From contig CBDCDA010000001.1 of assembly GCA_965215335.1 (NCBI GenBank), positions 1,792,001-1,856,000 on the forward strand: DNA of 64,000 bases. Direction: 5' to 3'. Made by a program: the position numbers and the translations under genes. Source of the DNA: an uncultured Candidatus Entotheonella sp. (GTDB lineage: Bacteria > Tectomicrobia > Entotheonellia > Entotheonellales > Entotheonellaceae). Shown piece after piece: positions 39,505-50,579 of the stretch (positions are counted from its first letter, which is position 1; each line of letters opens with the position of its first letter). The notes below the pieces were generated by a model that was not told where the DNA came from, ran no database searches, and was given only the letters and a program-made list of their open reading frames with translations.

Positions 39505-42500
39505 CGGGGTGTCAGTCGCTGTGCGGGGAGCACTTGGTCGCGCTCGGTTTGCGCCTGGGCCAGAGCGGTTCATCCCCGCCTGTGCGGGGAACACACTCGA
39601 GTCAGGCAACTTTCCACCAGTCAGGTCGGTTCATCCCCGCCTGTGCGGGGAACACGGAAATAGTGGAATCGCTGCATGATGGACCAGCGGTTCATCCCCG
39701 CCTGTGCGGGGAACACGCAGCAGTCGCCCGGCCACGGTCAGGTAGGGGCGGTTCATCCCCGCCTGTGCGGGGAACACGGTACAGGACTGGCTACCAGCCG
39801 GCGAGCTCGCGGTTCATCCCCGCCTGTGCGGGGAACACCACCTCGCCGCACGCCGCCCACGTCAATCCGGCGGTTCATCCCCGCCTGTGCGGGGAACACT
39901 CGAGAGGCACGGACCCGTTGTCGTACGAGCCCGGTTCATCCCCGCCTGTGCGGGGAACACGGCGTGTATTTCCCGGCGGCCATCTCGCATTTCGGTTCAT
40001 CCCCGCCTGTGCGGGGAACACCAAGTATTTTGCAGCATCCAGCAGCTGTAGCACGGTTCATCCCCGCCTGTGCGGGGAACACGCGGCGCGCATGAGCCGC
40101 GCCGTAACGTGCGGCGGTTCATCCCCGCCTGTGCGGGGAACACTTCAGGTTGACAAAGTCCCCACCCCGTGATACCGGTTCATCCCCGCCTGTGCGGGGA
40201 ACACTCCCCGATCGCGGCCCCTTCAGAATCATTGACCGGTTCATCCCCGCCTGTGCGGGGAACACCCTGGCCTGTCAGCGACGCCCGCGCTGCCGAGCGG
40301 TTCATCCCCGCCTGTGCGGGGAACACGCGGCGTGCAGTAGCTCGTGGGCGATTATCCCCGGTTCATCCCCGCCTGTGCGGGGAACACACCCGCCGGCCCA
40401 TGCGGAGGTAAACTGGAAACGGTTCATCCCCGCCTGTGCGGGGAACACGCGAGATGGAGAGGGACACCGGGGACCGTCCCGGTTCATCCCCGCCTGTGCG
40501 GGGAACACAAGGTGACGAAAATGTAGCGGGGCGCGAGATTCGGTTCATCCCCGCCTGTGCGGGGAACACTATCGCGTATTGGAGACCTGTTTGGCGCGCG
40601 GCGGTTCATCCCCGCCTGTGCGGGGAACACGAGGATAAAAGAGCGGTCCGACGCGGGTGCTCCGGTTCATCCCCGCCTGTGCGGGGAACACGCTCCTCAG
40701 ATCAGTTTCCCACGGGGTCAGACCGGTTCATCCCCGCCTGTGCGGGGAACACACAGTATCTCAGCTCCGGTAATCGGAACGCCCCGGTTCATCCCCGCCT
40801 GTGCGGGGAACACCCGCCGACAGCCTCGCTTTGTCGGTAATCAGGCGGTTCATCCCCGCCTGTGCGGGGAACACACGATACTGTTTTTCGTCTCCGACTC
40901 CCGTTCGGTTCATCCCCGCCTGTGCGGGGAACACTCGTTTGCGGCAGCGACCGCCTGCTCGTCCATCGGTTCATCCCCGCCTGTGCGGGGAACACCTTTC
41001 TGGTCCCGCGCCTCTGCGTTTTGACACCGGTTCATCCCCGCCTGTGCGGGGAACACCCAGGCATGGGTTCGCAATATAGCCCCATAAACGGTTCATCCCC
41101 GCCTGTGCGGGGAACACTCACGATTACAAAACAGCGCAAACAATCGTTCCGGTTCATCCCCGCCTGTGCGGGGAACACCTACGGTATCGACGGCGACGCC
41201 AAAACCGGGACGGTTCATCCCCGCCTGTGCGGGGAACACGAGAGCAGTTCCCGCAGCGTTCACCCCGATCACGGTTCATCCCCGCCTGTGCGGGGAACAC
41301 TTCACCGATGCGAATTCCGTACCCCAGAACGACGGTTCATCCCCGCCTGTGCGGGGAACACGTTCAATGGAATCGCGCCAGCAGAGGAAGATACGGTTCA
41401 TCCCCGCCTGTGCGGGGAACACGTCCAGGTCTGGAGCGGAATTTTGGCATATGACGGTTCATCCCCGCCTGTGCGGGGAACACGTGTTGTGCGGGGTCAT
41501 GCCTCAGTCGATGACCGGTTCATCCCCGCCTGTGCGGGGAACACTGCGGCCGCAGTTTCGCACGGGCCGGCCTGGTCGGTTCATCCCCGCCTGTGCGGGG
41601 AACACGCTGATCAACGGATTGGCCCTGTCGAGAGCTTCCGGTTCATCCCCGCCTGTGCGGGGAACACTTTCCGAGGGGTTATTCAGATCTGCATTATTGC
41701 GGTTCATCCCCGCCTGTGCGGGGAACACGACGATCGCCGCGAGAAGAATTACACCGTTTACGGTTCATCCCCGCCTGTGCGGGGAACACAAACACCAGTG
41801 CTGCATTCACAAGGTCCATGCCGGTTCATCCCCGCCTGTGCGGGGAACACATGACATGCCACGCGGAGCATGCCTTTGGTGACGGTTCATCCCCGCCTGT
41901 GCGGGGAACACACATGCCGCCATCTCTCCCACGTCGGCCCGGACGGTTCATCCCCGCCTGTGCGGGGAACACGCGCAGACTCAATTTGCCTGGCAATAGC
42001 CCGTCGGTTCATCCCCGCCTGTGCGGGGAACACGCACCCCGTCCGGCCCGCCGCGCCCGGCAGGCCGGTTCATCCCCGCCTGTGCGGGGAACACGGCGGG
42101 ACCGTCCGCCTCGGCCGTCCGCCGTAGAGGTTCATCCCCGCCTGTGCGGGGAACACACGGAGCACCCGCATCTGACCGTTCGTTTATTCGGTTCATCCCC
42201 GCCTGTGCGGGGAACACGTGCCGAGGCGGGGGCCTGGCTCCAGCTGTACCGGTTCATCCCCGCCTGTGCGGGGAACACTTCCCATGGGTCGGTTTCCCAC
42301 GGAGTCAGACCGGTTCATCCCCGCCTGTGCGGGGAACACGACGCCAAGTCTCTCAGACTCCACCCTTTTGCCGGTTCATCCCCGCCTGTGCGGGGAACAC
42401 GACCAGAAATTACATTTTCGTGATCTCGCCGCCGGTTCATCCCCGCCTGTGCGGGGAACACGGCGTCCATGATCATTTCGCCGTGTGTCACCACGGTTCA

Positions 42501-43071
42501 TCCCCGCCTGTGCGGGGAACACAAGGAATGACGCGCGAAGTTACCAGTCTCCTGCGGTTCATCCCCGCCTGTGCGGGGAACACCGTCGGGGACGGAGTTC
42601 CTCTCAGAGGTTCGCCGGTTCATCCCCGCCTGTGCGGGGAACACATCGGTGACGTCGATACTGCCGCGAGAAATTTCGGTTCATCCCCGCCTGTGCGGGG
42701 AACACTGTTTCGATCCTGATGATTACCGGGAGAATCGCGGTTCATCCCCGCCTGTGCGGGGAACACCGTCGTCCGTGACGGTAAGTGTCGAAGGCGAGCG
42801 GTTCATCCCCGCCTGTGCGGGGAACACGGCCCGATCAAGCCCAGTCCACTGGCAACGTTCGGTTCATCCCCGCCTGTGCGGGGAACACGTTTGTCATGCG
42901 CTGCTCGATACGCATTTCCACGGTTCATCCCCGCCTGTGCGGGGAACACCGAAGGCGCAGAGTGCACATGCGCGTAGCGGCCGGTTCATCCCCGCCTGTG
43001 CGGGGAACACGTTGCGTTCGGTCGTCACAGGGCCACCCCTTCCGGTTCATCCCCGCCTGTGCGGGGAACAC
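39505..43071 (-). CRISPR. Type I-E CRISPR array: 58 full repeats, 1 degenerate trailer repeat, 58 spacers
   Basis: 29-nt repeat GTGTTCCCCGCACAGGCGGGGATGAACCG (minus strand) from 39566 to 43071 with a 61-nt period (spacers 31-33 nt). Degenerate repeat at 39505-39533. The AT-rich leader on the cas2 side sets the orientation. Confidence 0.98.
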
Positions 43072-43182
43072 TCTTCCTACAACTCACTAAAAAATAAACA
43101 CTTTTACGATCACCAACGTCGTACCAACTTTTCCTCTTGCGTTTTTCACGGCAGTGTGGGGATCAGAATACCTAGCCGCGGG
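43072..43182 (-). promoter_or_regulatory. CRISPR leader
   Basis: AT-rich stretch between cas2 and the first repeat, with a twice-repeated GTTGGT and a T-tract (AAAGTTGGT..GTTGGT..TTTATTTTTTAGTGAGTTG), resembling I-E leaders. Confidence 0.85.
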
Positions 43183-44413
<1,231 letters not shown>

Positions 44414-44489
44414 GACGGTCAGGAACTCCAGAGGCGACAGAAGCCGAGTGCTGTTGAAGACAGCAGTGCGCCGGCCGGTGGGAATCCCG

Positions 44490-45692
44490 TCACCAAGCCG
44501 CCTCCTCGTTGTCGCGAGGCCCGAGGCGAAAGGTGACCCGCACGAATTGGTTGCGTTCATCCTGCATCAGATCCGGCTCCGTGCCGTTGAACGCGTGCAT
44601 TTCTCTGCGCATGATCAGCCAGCCTCTGCCCCGCCGCTCCATGAAGCCCATGCCGGCCATGAAGTGCGCAAGGGATTCGTTTCTCGACCGGGGGTTGGCG
44701 CCGGCGCGCACGCGCTCCACCGTCATGTGGTTGGGCAGCGCCCCCGGGCTGGTCACGTCTACGCGGTGTTCGAACACTTCGAGCAGCGCCTTCGAGCCGG
44801 TGATGGCGTAGTCACGATGCGTCACAGCATTCGTCAGTGCTTCCCGAATGGCTCGCCGTGGCAGTAAGTGACGGTCTTCGCGTCTGAGGTTCTCATACGA
44901 CTCGAATCGGCCGAGACCGAGAAACCACCCCGTTGCCCGTTCGACCTGTTCGTCCAGACGCCCGGCCGAATTGGCGACCTGCAAGACCTCGCAAGCCCGG
45001 TCATCACCCGCATAAGCCACACATTCGATGCGGAAATCGCGCGTCCGCGTGTAGCGCTGCGGGTCTTTCCCAAAGGCGAGAACCCCGTAGAGCGTCGCGC
45101 GCAGCTCGCCTCCGATCTCGACAAGCACGTCTCGATTGCGCAGGTCGTCCAGGCTGTCCGGCTGCGGATCGTCCGTGGTGTCGAATCCCAGACGTTGCAG
45201 ATAGGAGCGGAAGGCATCGAGGTCGATGTGCGCGGGCGTTGCGTCGAGGACGGCACGTTCCTCGGTGAGGATGTACCCGAACGCATTGTAGAGTTCCTGG
45301 AGTTCCGTCGCCGATGGCTCGACGCTGCTACGCTCGCGGCGAACCCAGACGCGAGCGTCGTAGCGCATGGGCTCGAATCCGCGTTGCCGTGGAACCTCAA
45401 TCCAGTGCACCCATCCAGCCGGCCCCTCGAAGCGTCCGGTGCGGGCGTGAACCGGCACGCTGCAACCTGTTTGGAGAAAGGAGGCCAGGCGTTCCTGCAC
45501 CCTCTCGGTGTCCTCCTTGACACCGATCATCCGCCGAGAGTCTTCAACTCCCAGGATGATCAGGCCGCCCTCGGTGTTGGCGAAGGCACACATCGCCCTG
45601 CCGATGGCGGACAGGTCACCGAGCCCCCGCTTGAATTCCGTGTGCTGGTCTTCGCCCACCTCGATCCGACGACGGACATCCTGCCATTCCAT
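44490..45692 (-). CDS. Schlafen/AlbA_2-domain protein with C-terminal RecG-C/HATPase_c_4-like domain, inside the cas operon
   Basis: GEDQHTEFKR..CAFANTEGG.IILGVED (AlbA_2/Schlafen core); REALTNAVTHRDY, SPG.LP, RN..LA and MERRGRG (HATPase_c_4-like). An alternative TTG start at 45791 overlaps the cas6e stop. Confidence 0.85.
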   Translation of the reverse strand: MEWQDVRRRIEVGEDQHTEFKRGLGDLSAIGRAMCAFANTEGGLIILGVEDSRRMIGVKEDTERVQERLASFLQTGCSVPVHARTGRFEGPAGWVHWIEVPRQRGFEPMRYDARVWVRRERSSVEPSATELQELYNAFGYILTEERAVLDATPAHIDLDAFRSYLQRLGFDTTDDPQPDSLDDLRNRDVLVEIGGELRATLYGVLAFGKDPQRYTRTRDFRIECVAYAGDDRACEVLQVANSAGRLDEQVERATGWFLGLGRFESYENLRREDRHLLPRRAIREALTNAVTHRDYAITGSKALLEVFEHRVDVTSPGALPNHMTVERVRAGANPRSRNESLAHFMAGMGFMERRGRGWLIMRREMHAFNGTEPDLMQDERNQFVRVTFRLGPRDNEEAAW

Positions 45693-45787
45693 GACGTGAT
45701 TCTCCTGCCGATCAGAACCCACCGGTCCCTTTCCGAGGCAGGCCAGGGAGCGTTGCCGCGAGTGAACGTCATTGCCGACGTCTTCAG

Positions 45788-46477
45788 TCAAGCGCGGCGA
45801 ATGAGCATCAGACCGCAGCCGTAAGCCTTGGCTGCGCCAAAGCCACCCGCGATGGCCGCCAGAAAAGCGTCGGGGTCGCTTACCGTCAAGAATCCGTCGA
45901 AGTGCAGCGTTGAAAATGACATTGCGTGTGCCGTCCCCTTGCGGGTAACGCGATGTTGATCATAGCCGTCCACACGCACGCTGCCCGGTTGCACAATGAA
46001 CCCTGCCCTGTCAGCCTGTCGTTCGAGCCATGCAGAGCCCCGTTCCCGCATGACAGCAAGGCGGTGTTCGGCGCGCTCGCCGTCGGGGTGAGAACGCAGT
46101 GCATCCATCACCACGTCGTGCTTGACGGAACGCCTACGCCGAGGGTCGTAGCGGCGGACCACCGGATTGGCTCGCAGCGAGAATTGCAGCCGGTCGCCCG
46201 CCTCAAGTACCGGCGCGAATGGTTTCGGAGCGTCGATTTCGAACAGGGCGTGACGGTCTGCCGGGCGACGCGCCGACAGGATCAGGAAGGTGCCCCGCTC
46301 CATCTCGCGCCACAGGAAATCACGGCGGCGATCAGGACCGTCGGCAAAGAGCGACCAGACGAGATGATGACCCGGATGGTTGGCCCCGCCATCCCCGCTC
46401 TGCAACAGTGGCAGCAGCGCTTTCACCGTGGTATCACGCCGGAGCCGGGCGCGGGAGAGATAGAGTTCTGCCATCAT
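45788..46477 (-). CDS. cas6e: Cas6e (CasE/Cse3)
   Basis: YLSR, H.LVW.LF, F.LRANPV and the Gly-rich loop GFGAAKAYGCGL. Confidence 0.95.
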   Translation of the reverse strand: MMAELYLSRARLRRDTTVKALLPLLQSGDGGANHPGHHLVWSLFADGPDRRRDFLWREMERGTFLILSARRPADRHALFEIDAPKPFAPVLEAGDRLQFSLRANPVVRRYDPRRRRSVKHDVVMDALRSHPDGERAEHRLAVMRERGSAWLERQADRAGFIVQPGSVRVDGYDQHRVTRKGTAHAMSFSTLHFDGFLTVSDPDAFLAAIAGGFGAAKAYGCGLMLIRRA

Positions 46478-46483
46478 TCCAGG

Positions 46484-47206
46484 CTACCTTTCGGGCACGA
46501 CGACAGCCTCCGAGCGATCTGCGAACTGCCAGCGGGTTCGGCTGAGAACAGCATCACGCCGGCGTTCGATGCGCACGCCGGCGGGGGCGCCGGGCGCGTC
46601 GTGGTCGAAGGCGACCTCACCTGTCGCCACGCCGGCGATATGAAGGCTTTGCATAATGTTCCGTTCTTCCTCGCTCGGCTGCCGCGCCTCGAAGGCGTCC
46701 ATGAAGGTGTCGGCTGTAATGATCTCGGGATTGAGCGGCAAACCGAGTGGTGCCGACTTGCGTCCGACATAGAGCGCGAAACGCGGGCGCTGCAGGGCGT
46801 TGGCGATCTCGTCGAGGTCAACAGCCCCGCCAGGGCGCGGCCACAGAGCGGCGGTAAAGCAGGCGTCCGACCGCCATTCCCGGCTGGAGAGCACGGTATT
46901 GAGATCGTCCGATTCCAGCTCCTGCCGCCGTGTCGCGAAGGTGCGGCCCTTGCGGGCCTTCGGCGTCTGGGCGGTGTGATAGTCCATGAGTGGACGACCC
47001 GGCGCGTCTGTCCTGACGGCATAATAAAGGCAGGCTTCAAGGTTGTGGTGGGCGGCTTCGTCCGAGCGCTCGATTCCCAGGGCGGCGGCGACCAGCCCGA
47101 GGACGGCGGAGCGACCCGGCCGCGCCCAGCTCATGCGGCGTTCCCCGACGGCAATCTCGCCGAATGATCCCATCGGAGCGTAGAGGGTGAACAGCAGGAA
47201 GCGCAT
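46484..47206 (-). CDS. cas5e: Cas5e (CasD)
   Basis: L.APMGSFG, P.RSA.LGL.AAALG..R, DYHT and LYVGRKS.PL. Confidence 0.95.
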   Translation of the reverse strand: MRFLLFTLYAPMGSFGEIAVGERRMSWARPGRSAVLGLVAAALGIERSDEAAHHNLEACLYYAVRTDAPGRPLMDYHTAQTPKARKGRTFATRRQELESDDLNTVLSSREWRSDACFTAALWPRPGGAVDLDEIANALQRPRFALYVGRKSAPLGLPLNPEIITADTFMDAFEARQPSEEERNIMQSLHIAGVATGEVAFDHDAPGAPAGVRIERRRDAVLSRTRWQFADRSEAVVVPER

Positions 47207-47210
47207 GGCA

Positions 47211-48263
47211 TCATCTCGTGGAAAAGTCGATCAGGTCCCGCAACGTCCCTTCACCCACTGCAACGTTCATCGTGCAGCGGTCATCGGCACACGGCCCATA
47301 GGCCGCATCGAGTCGATCGCGAAAGTTTTCCAGGCACTCAATGGAACGCCCACCTTGGTCTTCTCCTGTAACCGGTTTCAAGAAAGCAGCAGCGAGGCTA
47401 CGTGGCTGCGCTGATCCTTTTTCGCCAAGGATATAGAATGCGCGGGCACGGCTCGCGAAGCTCGCCTGTTTGCCTCCCGGCGCCACAGTTGCGGCAGCTT
47501 CGACAAGGGCTCTCAGACTGTCGTTCCGGACAACATGATTCTGGGCAAGATTTTGGAGCAGCAGGTCTCGATTGACACAGACGTAGAGGTAGAAGACGCC
47601 AGCGCCGAATTCCTGGACGCCCACGAAACCGGCCCCGGCATCTTCGAGTTCGTCCCGAGATTTCAGGTCGTCGACGGCCGTGTAGTAATCGTCCTCGGCG
47701 ATGGCACGATGCGTCGTGACGGCATGTGCAACTTGTACGGCGGCCTCCCGCTTGAATTTCGGAGCGTCGGCCAGCATGCGTCCAAACATGGCGATATCCG
47801 CGGCTGTATCCATTTTCTGAAGCAGGTCATCGGCCTTCAATCCATCGACCTCTTTCCCGGCCAAGGCACGGTCGGCGAGTTCAAATGCCCTGGTCCGTTC
47901 CTCGGGCGAGACAAAGGCAAGTTGCTCGATAAAGGTGGGATCGTCATCACCTTCTTTGCGGATCTTGCCAAAGACGCCGGCAATGTCGCGGGCGGTAACA
48001 AGAGCCGGCTCCTCAGGCATCCCGCCGTCGATGAGGTGATCGTACACGTCTTTGCCGAGCCTTTGGGTGCGACTCGCAAGATGTCCGTCGAGCCTGGACG
48101 CGAAGACCTCCGACGTGCGCCAGGCGCGTTTCAAACTTTGCGAGGACACGCGCAGGCGAGGCACACCGCCGAAGACGACACTTTTGGGTCGGCCGGTATC
48201 GTCACGGTTGAGATTCGACGGCCCGTAGGCCGTCAGCAGGTGCAGCTGCAGGAAATCAGCCAT
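47211..48263 (-). CDS. cas7e: Cas7e (CasC/Cse4)
   Basis: SNLNRDDTGRPK, RVSSQSLKRAWR, DIAMFGRMLA, QVAHA and DDYYTAVDD. Confidence 0.96.
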   Translation of the reverse strand: MADFLQLHLLTAYGPSNLNRDDTGRPKSVVFGGVPRLRVSSQSLKRAWRTSEVFASRLDGHLASRTQRLGKDVYDHLIDGGMPEEPALVTARDIAGVFGKIRKEGDDDPTFIEQLAFVSPEERTRAFELADRALAGKEVDGLKADDLLQKMDTAADIAMFGRMLADAPKFKREAAVQVAHAVTTHRAIAEDDYYTAVDDLKSRDELEDAGAGFVGVQEFGAGVFYLYVCVNRDLLLQNLAQNHVVRNDSLRALVEAAATVAPGGKQASFASRARAFYILGEKGSAQPRSLAAAFLKPVTGEDQGGRSIECLENFRDRLDAAYGPCADDRCTMNVAVGEGTLRDLIDFSTR

Positions 48264-48311
48264 GTAATCGGATTCCTTTCGTCGGGTTATGGATGAAACG
48301 GTCAGGAAGCA

Positions 48312-48833
48312 TTAACGGGGCCTGTCGTGTCCGAACTCGTGAACCCCGTAATAGTCGAATATCCAGCGCTTCTTCACGCCGTCCCCCCAGCGTAAAACGG
48401 CAAACGACAAGTCCTTCACGCTGACTTTTCCCTTGGTCAGACGGACGAGACGGCGCATGGCTCCCATTAACTCTTCGCCGGGAACTTGCATCAAACGGCG
48501 AAAACGATTCTCGGACATGATGGCCGACGCGTCATCGTCGAGCGAAGCACGGCCAATGGCGTGGGCAACTCGACGGTCGTCGGACTCCCGGACAAACGCC
48601 AGAATGCCCGCGAGGCTGGCGACCCGGTCCGGATTCTCGTGAGGAAGTCGTGTAACCAACCGGAGCGCTTCGGGCTCCTGGATGACTTCGAGCGACGTGC
48701 CAGCGCGACGCAAGTTGGCCAGCGCCGCTCGTCGGGTTCCTCGAGTTGTGCGCCCGCCCGCTTCAGGCGACGCGAGATCACGCCACCATGCCTCGGCAAT
48801 GGCGCTGCCACTCCACTGGTGCGATTCTGTCAT
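48312..48833 (-). CDS. casB: Cas11 (CasB/Cse2)
   Basis: WW..L...R..LRR, SE.RFRRL and W..DYY; located between cas8e and cas7. Confidence 0.92.
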   Translation of the reverse strand: MTESHQWSGSAIAEAWWRDLASPEAGGRTTRGTRRAALANLRRAGTSLEVIQEPEALRLVTRLPHENPDRVASLAGILAFVRESDDRRVAHAIGRASLDDDASAIMSENRFRRLMQVPGEELMGAMRRLVRLTKGKVSVKDLSFAVLRWGDGVKKRWIFDYYGVHEFGHDRPR

Positions 48834-50515
48834 TTATTTCCCTTCTTGCTCGCCCTTGCGGGTTCGGGCGAAGCGATACCGAGGTCACGCTCGAACAGGG
48901 CGCGTCCGGACTTGCCACGACCGCCCAAAGCCAACGCCAGGCAGAACCGCGCCTTGACGTGACGGTGCATGTCCCGGTCCTCCAACCCATCTGCCGACGC
49001 ATATTCGTCGAACAAGCGCAGCGCCGCTCTAGCCATGGCCGGCGCCCAATGCTCACGCGCGCTGATCGTGGGATCATCGACGTCCGGGTCGTTCTGGATT
49101 GACGCCACTGCATCCCTCATTGCGGCCATTGCGGCGTAAAATGCCCCTTCTGTTTCGCGGTAGAAACGTTCAGCTATGAAGCCGTAGTCGCCTGTTGCGT
49201 CGGCGGGTCGATCATAGAGAGCCGATTTCACAGCTTTGGTGAGTAACTGGCACACAAAGGCGGCGCCCGCCGTTGTGTGCTCGATGAATTTCCCGATCCA
49301 CTCCCGCGACGCCGCGTCGGTCAGAAACCAGAAAGGCATTTCGCTCTCAACCCAGGCACGTGCTTTGCGGTTGTCCATGTCATAGCCGAATACTGTGAAT
49401 CGCGTTTGTCCCCCTCGCGTGGCGCGCTCCGGCCACTGCCGGATCACTTGAGCGGGCTCGCGAAGCTTGTCCCTGCTCGGAATGACAAGACCAGGCCAAA
49501 GGCGGTAACTGACGCCACCGGGTCTGGGATGAACGGGCAATTTCGCGGTCCCCGGCTTCTGCCGGTAGTATGGCGAAAGCGGGTGCTCAAACCCTTCCGA
49601 ATAGTGCGTGCCATGGTTCCTGATACGGCACGACGCCACGATGACGGAATCCTGAGAATTGGTAAGGGAGCAAGGTCGGTCTTGTGAGTCCTCAAACAGC
49701 AGCCGAATGCGCCATGGCATGCCCCAGTAGACCTGAAGAGGATGAACATCCGCGGGTGTCGTCAGCCCGCCACCCGCCTTGGGGTTGGACGTCCGAGTGG
49801 GTACGAGCCAAGGAAAGATCAATCCCGGGTCAGTGGATTCCCTCGCTTGGACGGCGCGGCGGTCAATCTGCCTTTGGCTTTCAACGTTAGGCCAGAGCCG
49901 ACCCCAAAGCGTCACACCGTATGCCTCGTGGTCATGGACGAGCAAGGTAGTCAGCGGTCCGCCGCCGCGTAACGATGTGCGGTGACCGGAGCCGCCGGCC
50001 GGGGCGTAAGCACTCAGCGTGAAGAGGGCCATTGATGCTGCGGCACGGCTCAGGACCAACACGCCGTCACGCTTCACAAACAAGTCGGCGTTATTGTCGA
50101 GAGTTTGCTTCCCCGGTGTGTCAATAAGTAACTCGGCTGCACTCCTCTTTTTGCCCGTGTCGTCGCTGACTTCGAACGGATCGAGGTCTTGCATAAATCG
50201 TGGACCGGGGCCATCCAGATCGAAGGCGTGGGCGACCGTCGAGAACCGTTTCCTGAGAACGTCCGGCGCCGGCGGACGCCACCACTGGTCTTCCCATTCC
50301 TCATCATCCTCCGGCGCAGCGGCCGTAGACAGCAGGCCGATCAGGAACTCGTGCGCCGCGCCGTTGAAATCTGGCCGCGGCCAGGCAAAGGCCACAAACG
50401 GGTCCTCTGCGATTCCGTCGGTGACGCGCCAGGGCGGGATCTGCTCGACAGCACCGCTGCGGCGACGGACGGGCAGCCAGGTGGCGTTGATCAGGTTGAA
50501 GACGGGTTCAGACAT
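48830..50515 (-). CDS. casA: Cas8e (CasA/Cse1)
   Basis: FNLI...WLPVRR, PRPDF, FMQD, P.GG.G.RTSLRGGGP.TT, WGMP.RIRL and HPLSPY. Confidence 0.94.
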   Translation of the reverse strand: MSEPVFNLINATWLPVRRRSGAVEQIPPWRVTDGIAEDPFVAFAWPRPDFNGAAHEFLIGLLSTAAAPEDDEEWEDQWWRPPAPDVLRKRFSTVAHAFDLDGPGPRFMQDLDPFEVSDDTGKKRSAAELLIDTPGKQTLDNNADLFVKRDGVLVLSRAAASMALFTLSAYAPAGGSGHRTSLRGGGPLTTLLVHDHEAYGVTLWGRLWPNVESQRQIDRRAVQARESTDPGLIFPWLVPTRTSNPKAGGGLTTPADVHPLQVYWGMPWRIRLLFEDSQDRPCSLTNSQDSVIVASCRIRNHGTHYSEGFEHPLSPYYRQKPGTAKLPVHPRPGGVSYRLWPGLVIPSRDKLREPAQVIRQWPERATRGGQTRFTVFGYDMDNRKARAWVESEMPFWFLTDAASREWIGKFIEHTTAGAAFVCQLLTKAVKSALYDRPADATGDYGFIAERFYRETEGAFYAAMAAMRDAVASIQNDPDVDDPTISAREHWAPAMARAALRLFDEYASADGLEDRDMHRHVKARFCLALALGGRGKSGRALFERDLGIASPEPARASKKGNK

Positions 50516-50579
50516 GACGTTTCCCGGTGGATGCACGCAGTGAAATCAGGATCGCGGTTTGAGATACGGTGAACTCGAC

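Noticed and set aside
42034..42065. Possible self-targeting spacer (CCGTCCGGCCCG also near 21177-21188)
   Set aside because: Only about 12 GC-rich nt match. I saw no full spacer match in the window, though a manual check is not exhaustive.
44414..45787. Mini-array or CreA-like degenerate repeats flanking the Schlafen-like gene
   Set aside because: No repeat-like sequence seen in 44414-44489 or 45693-45787, and no terminal inverted repeats suggesting an IS.
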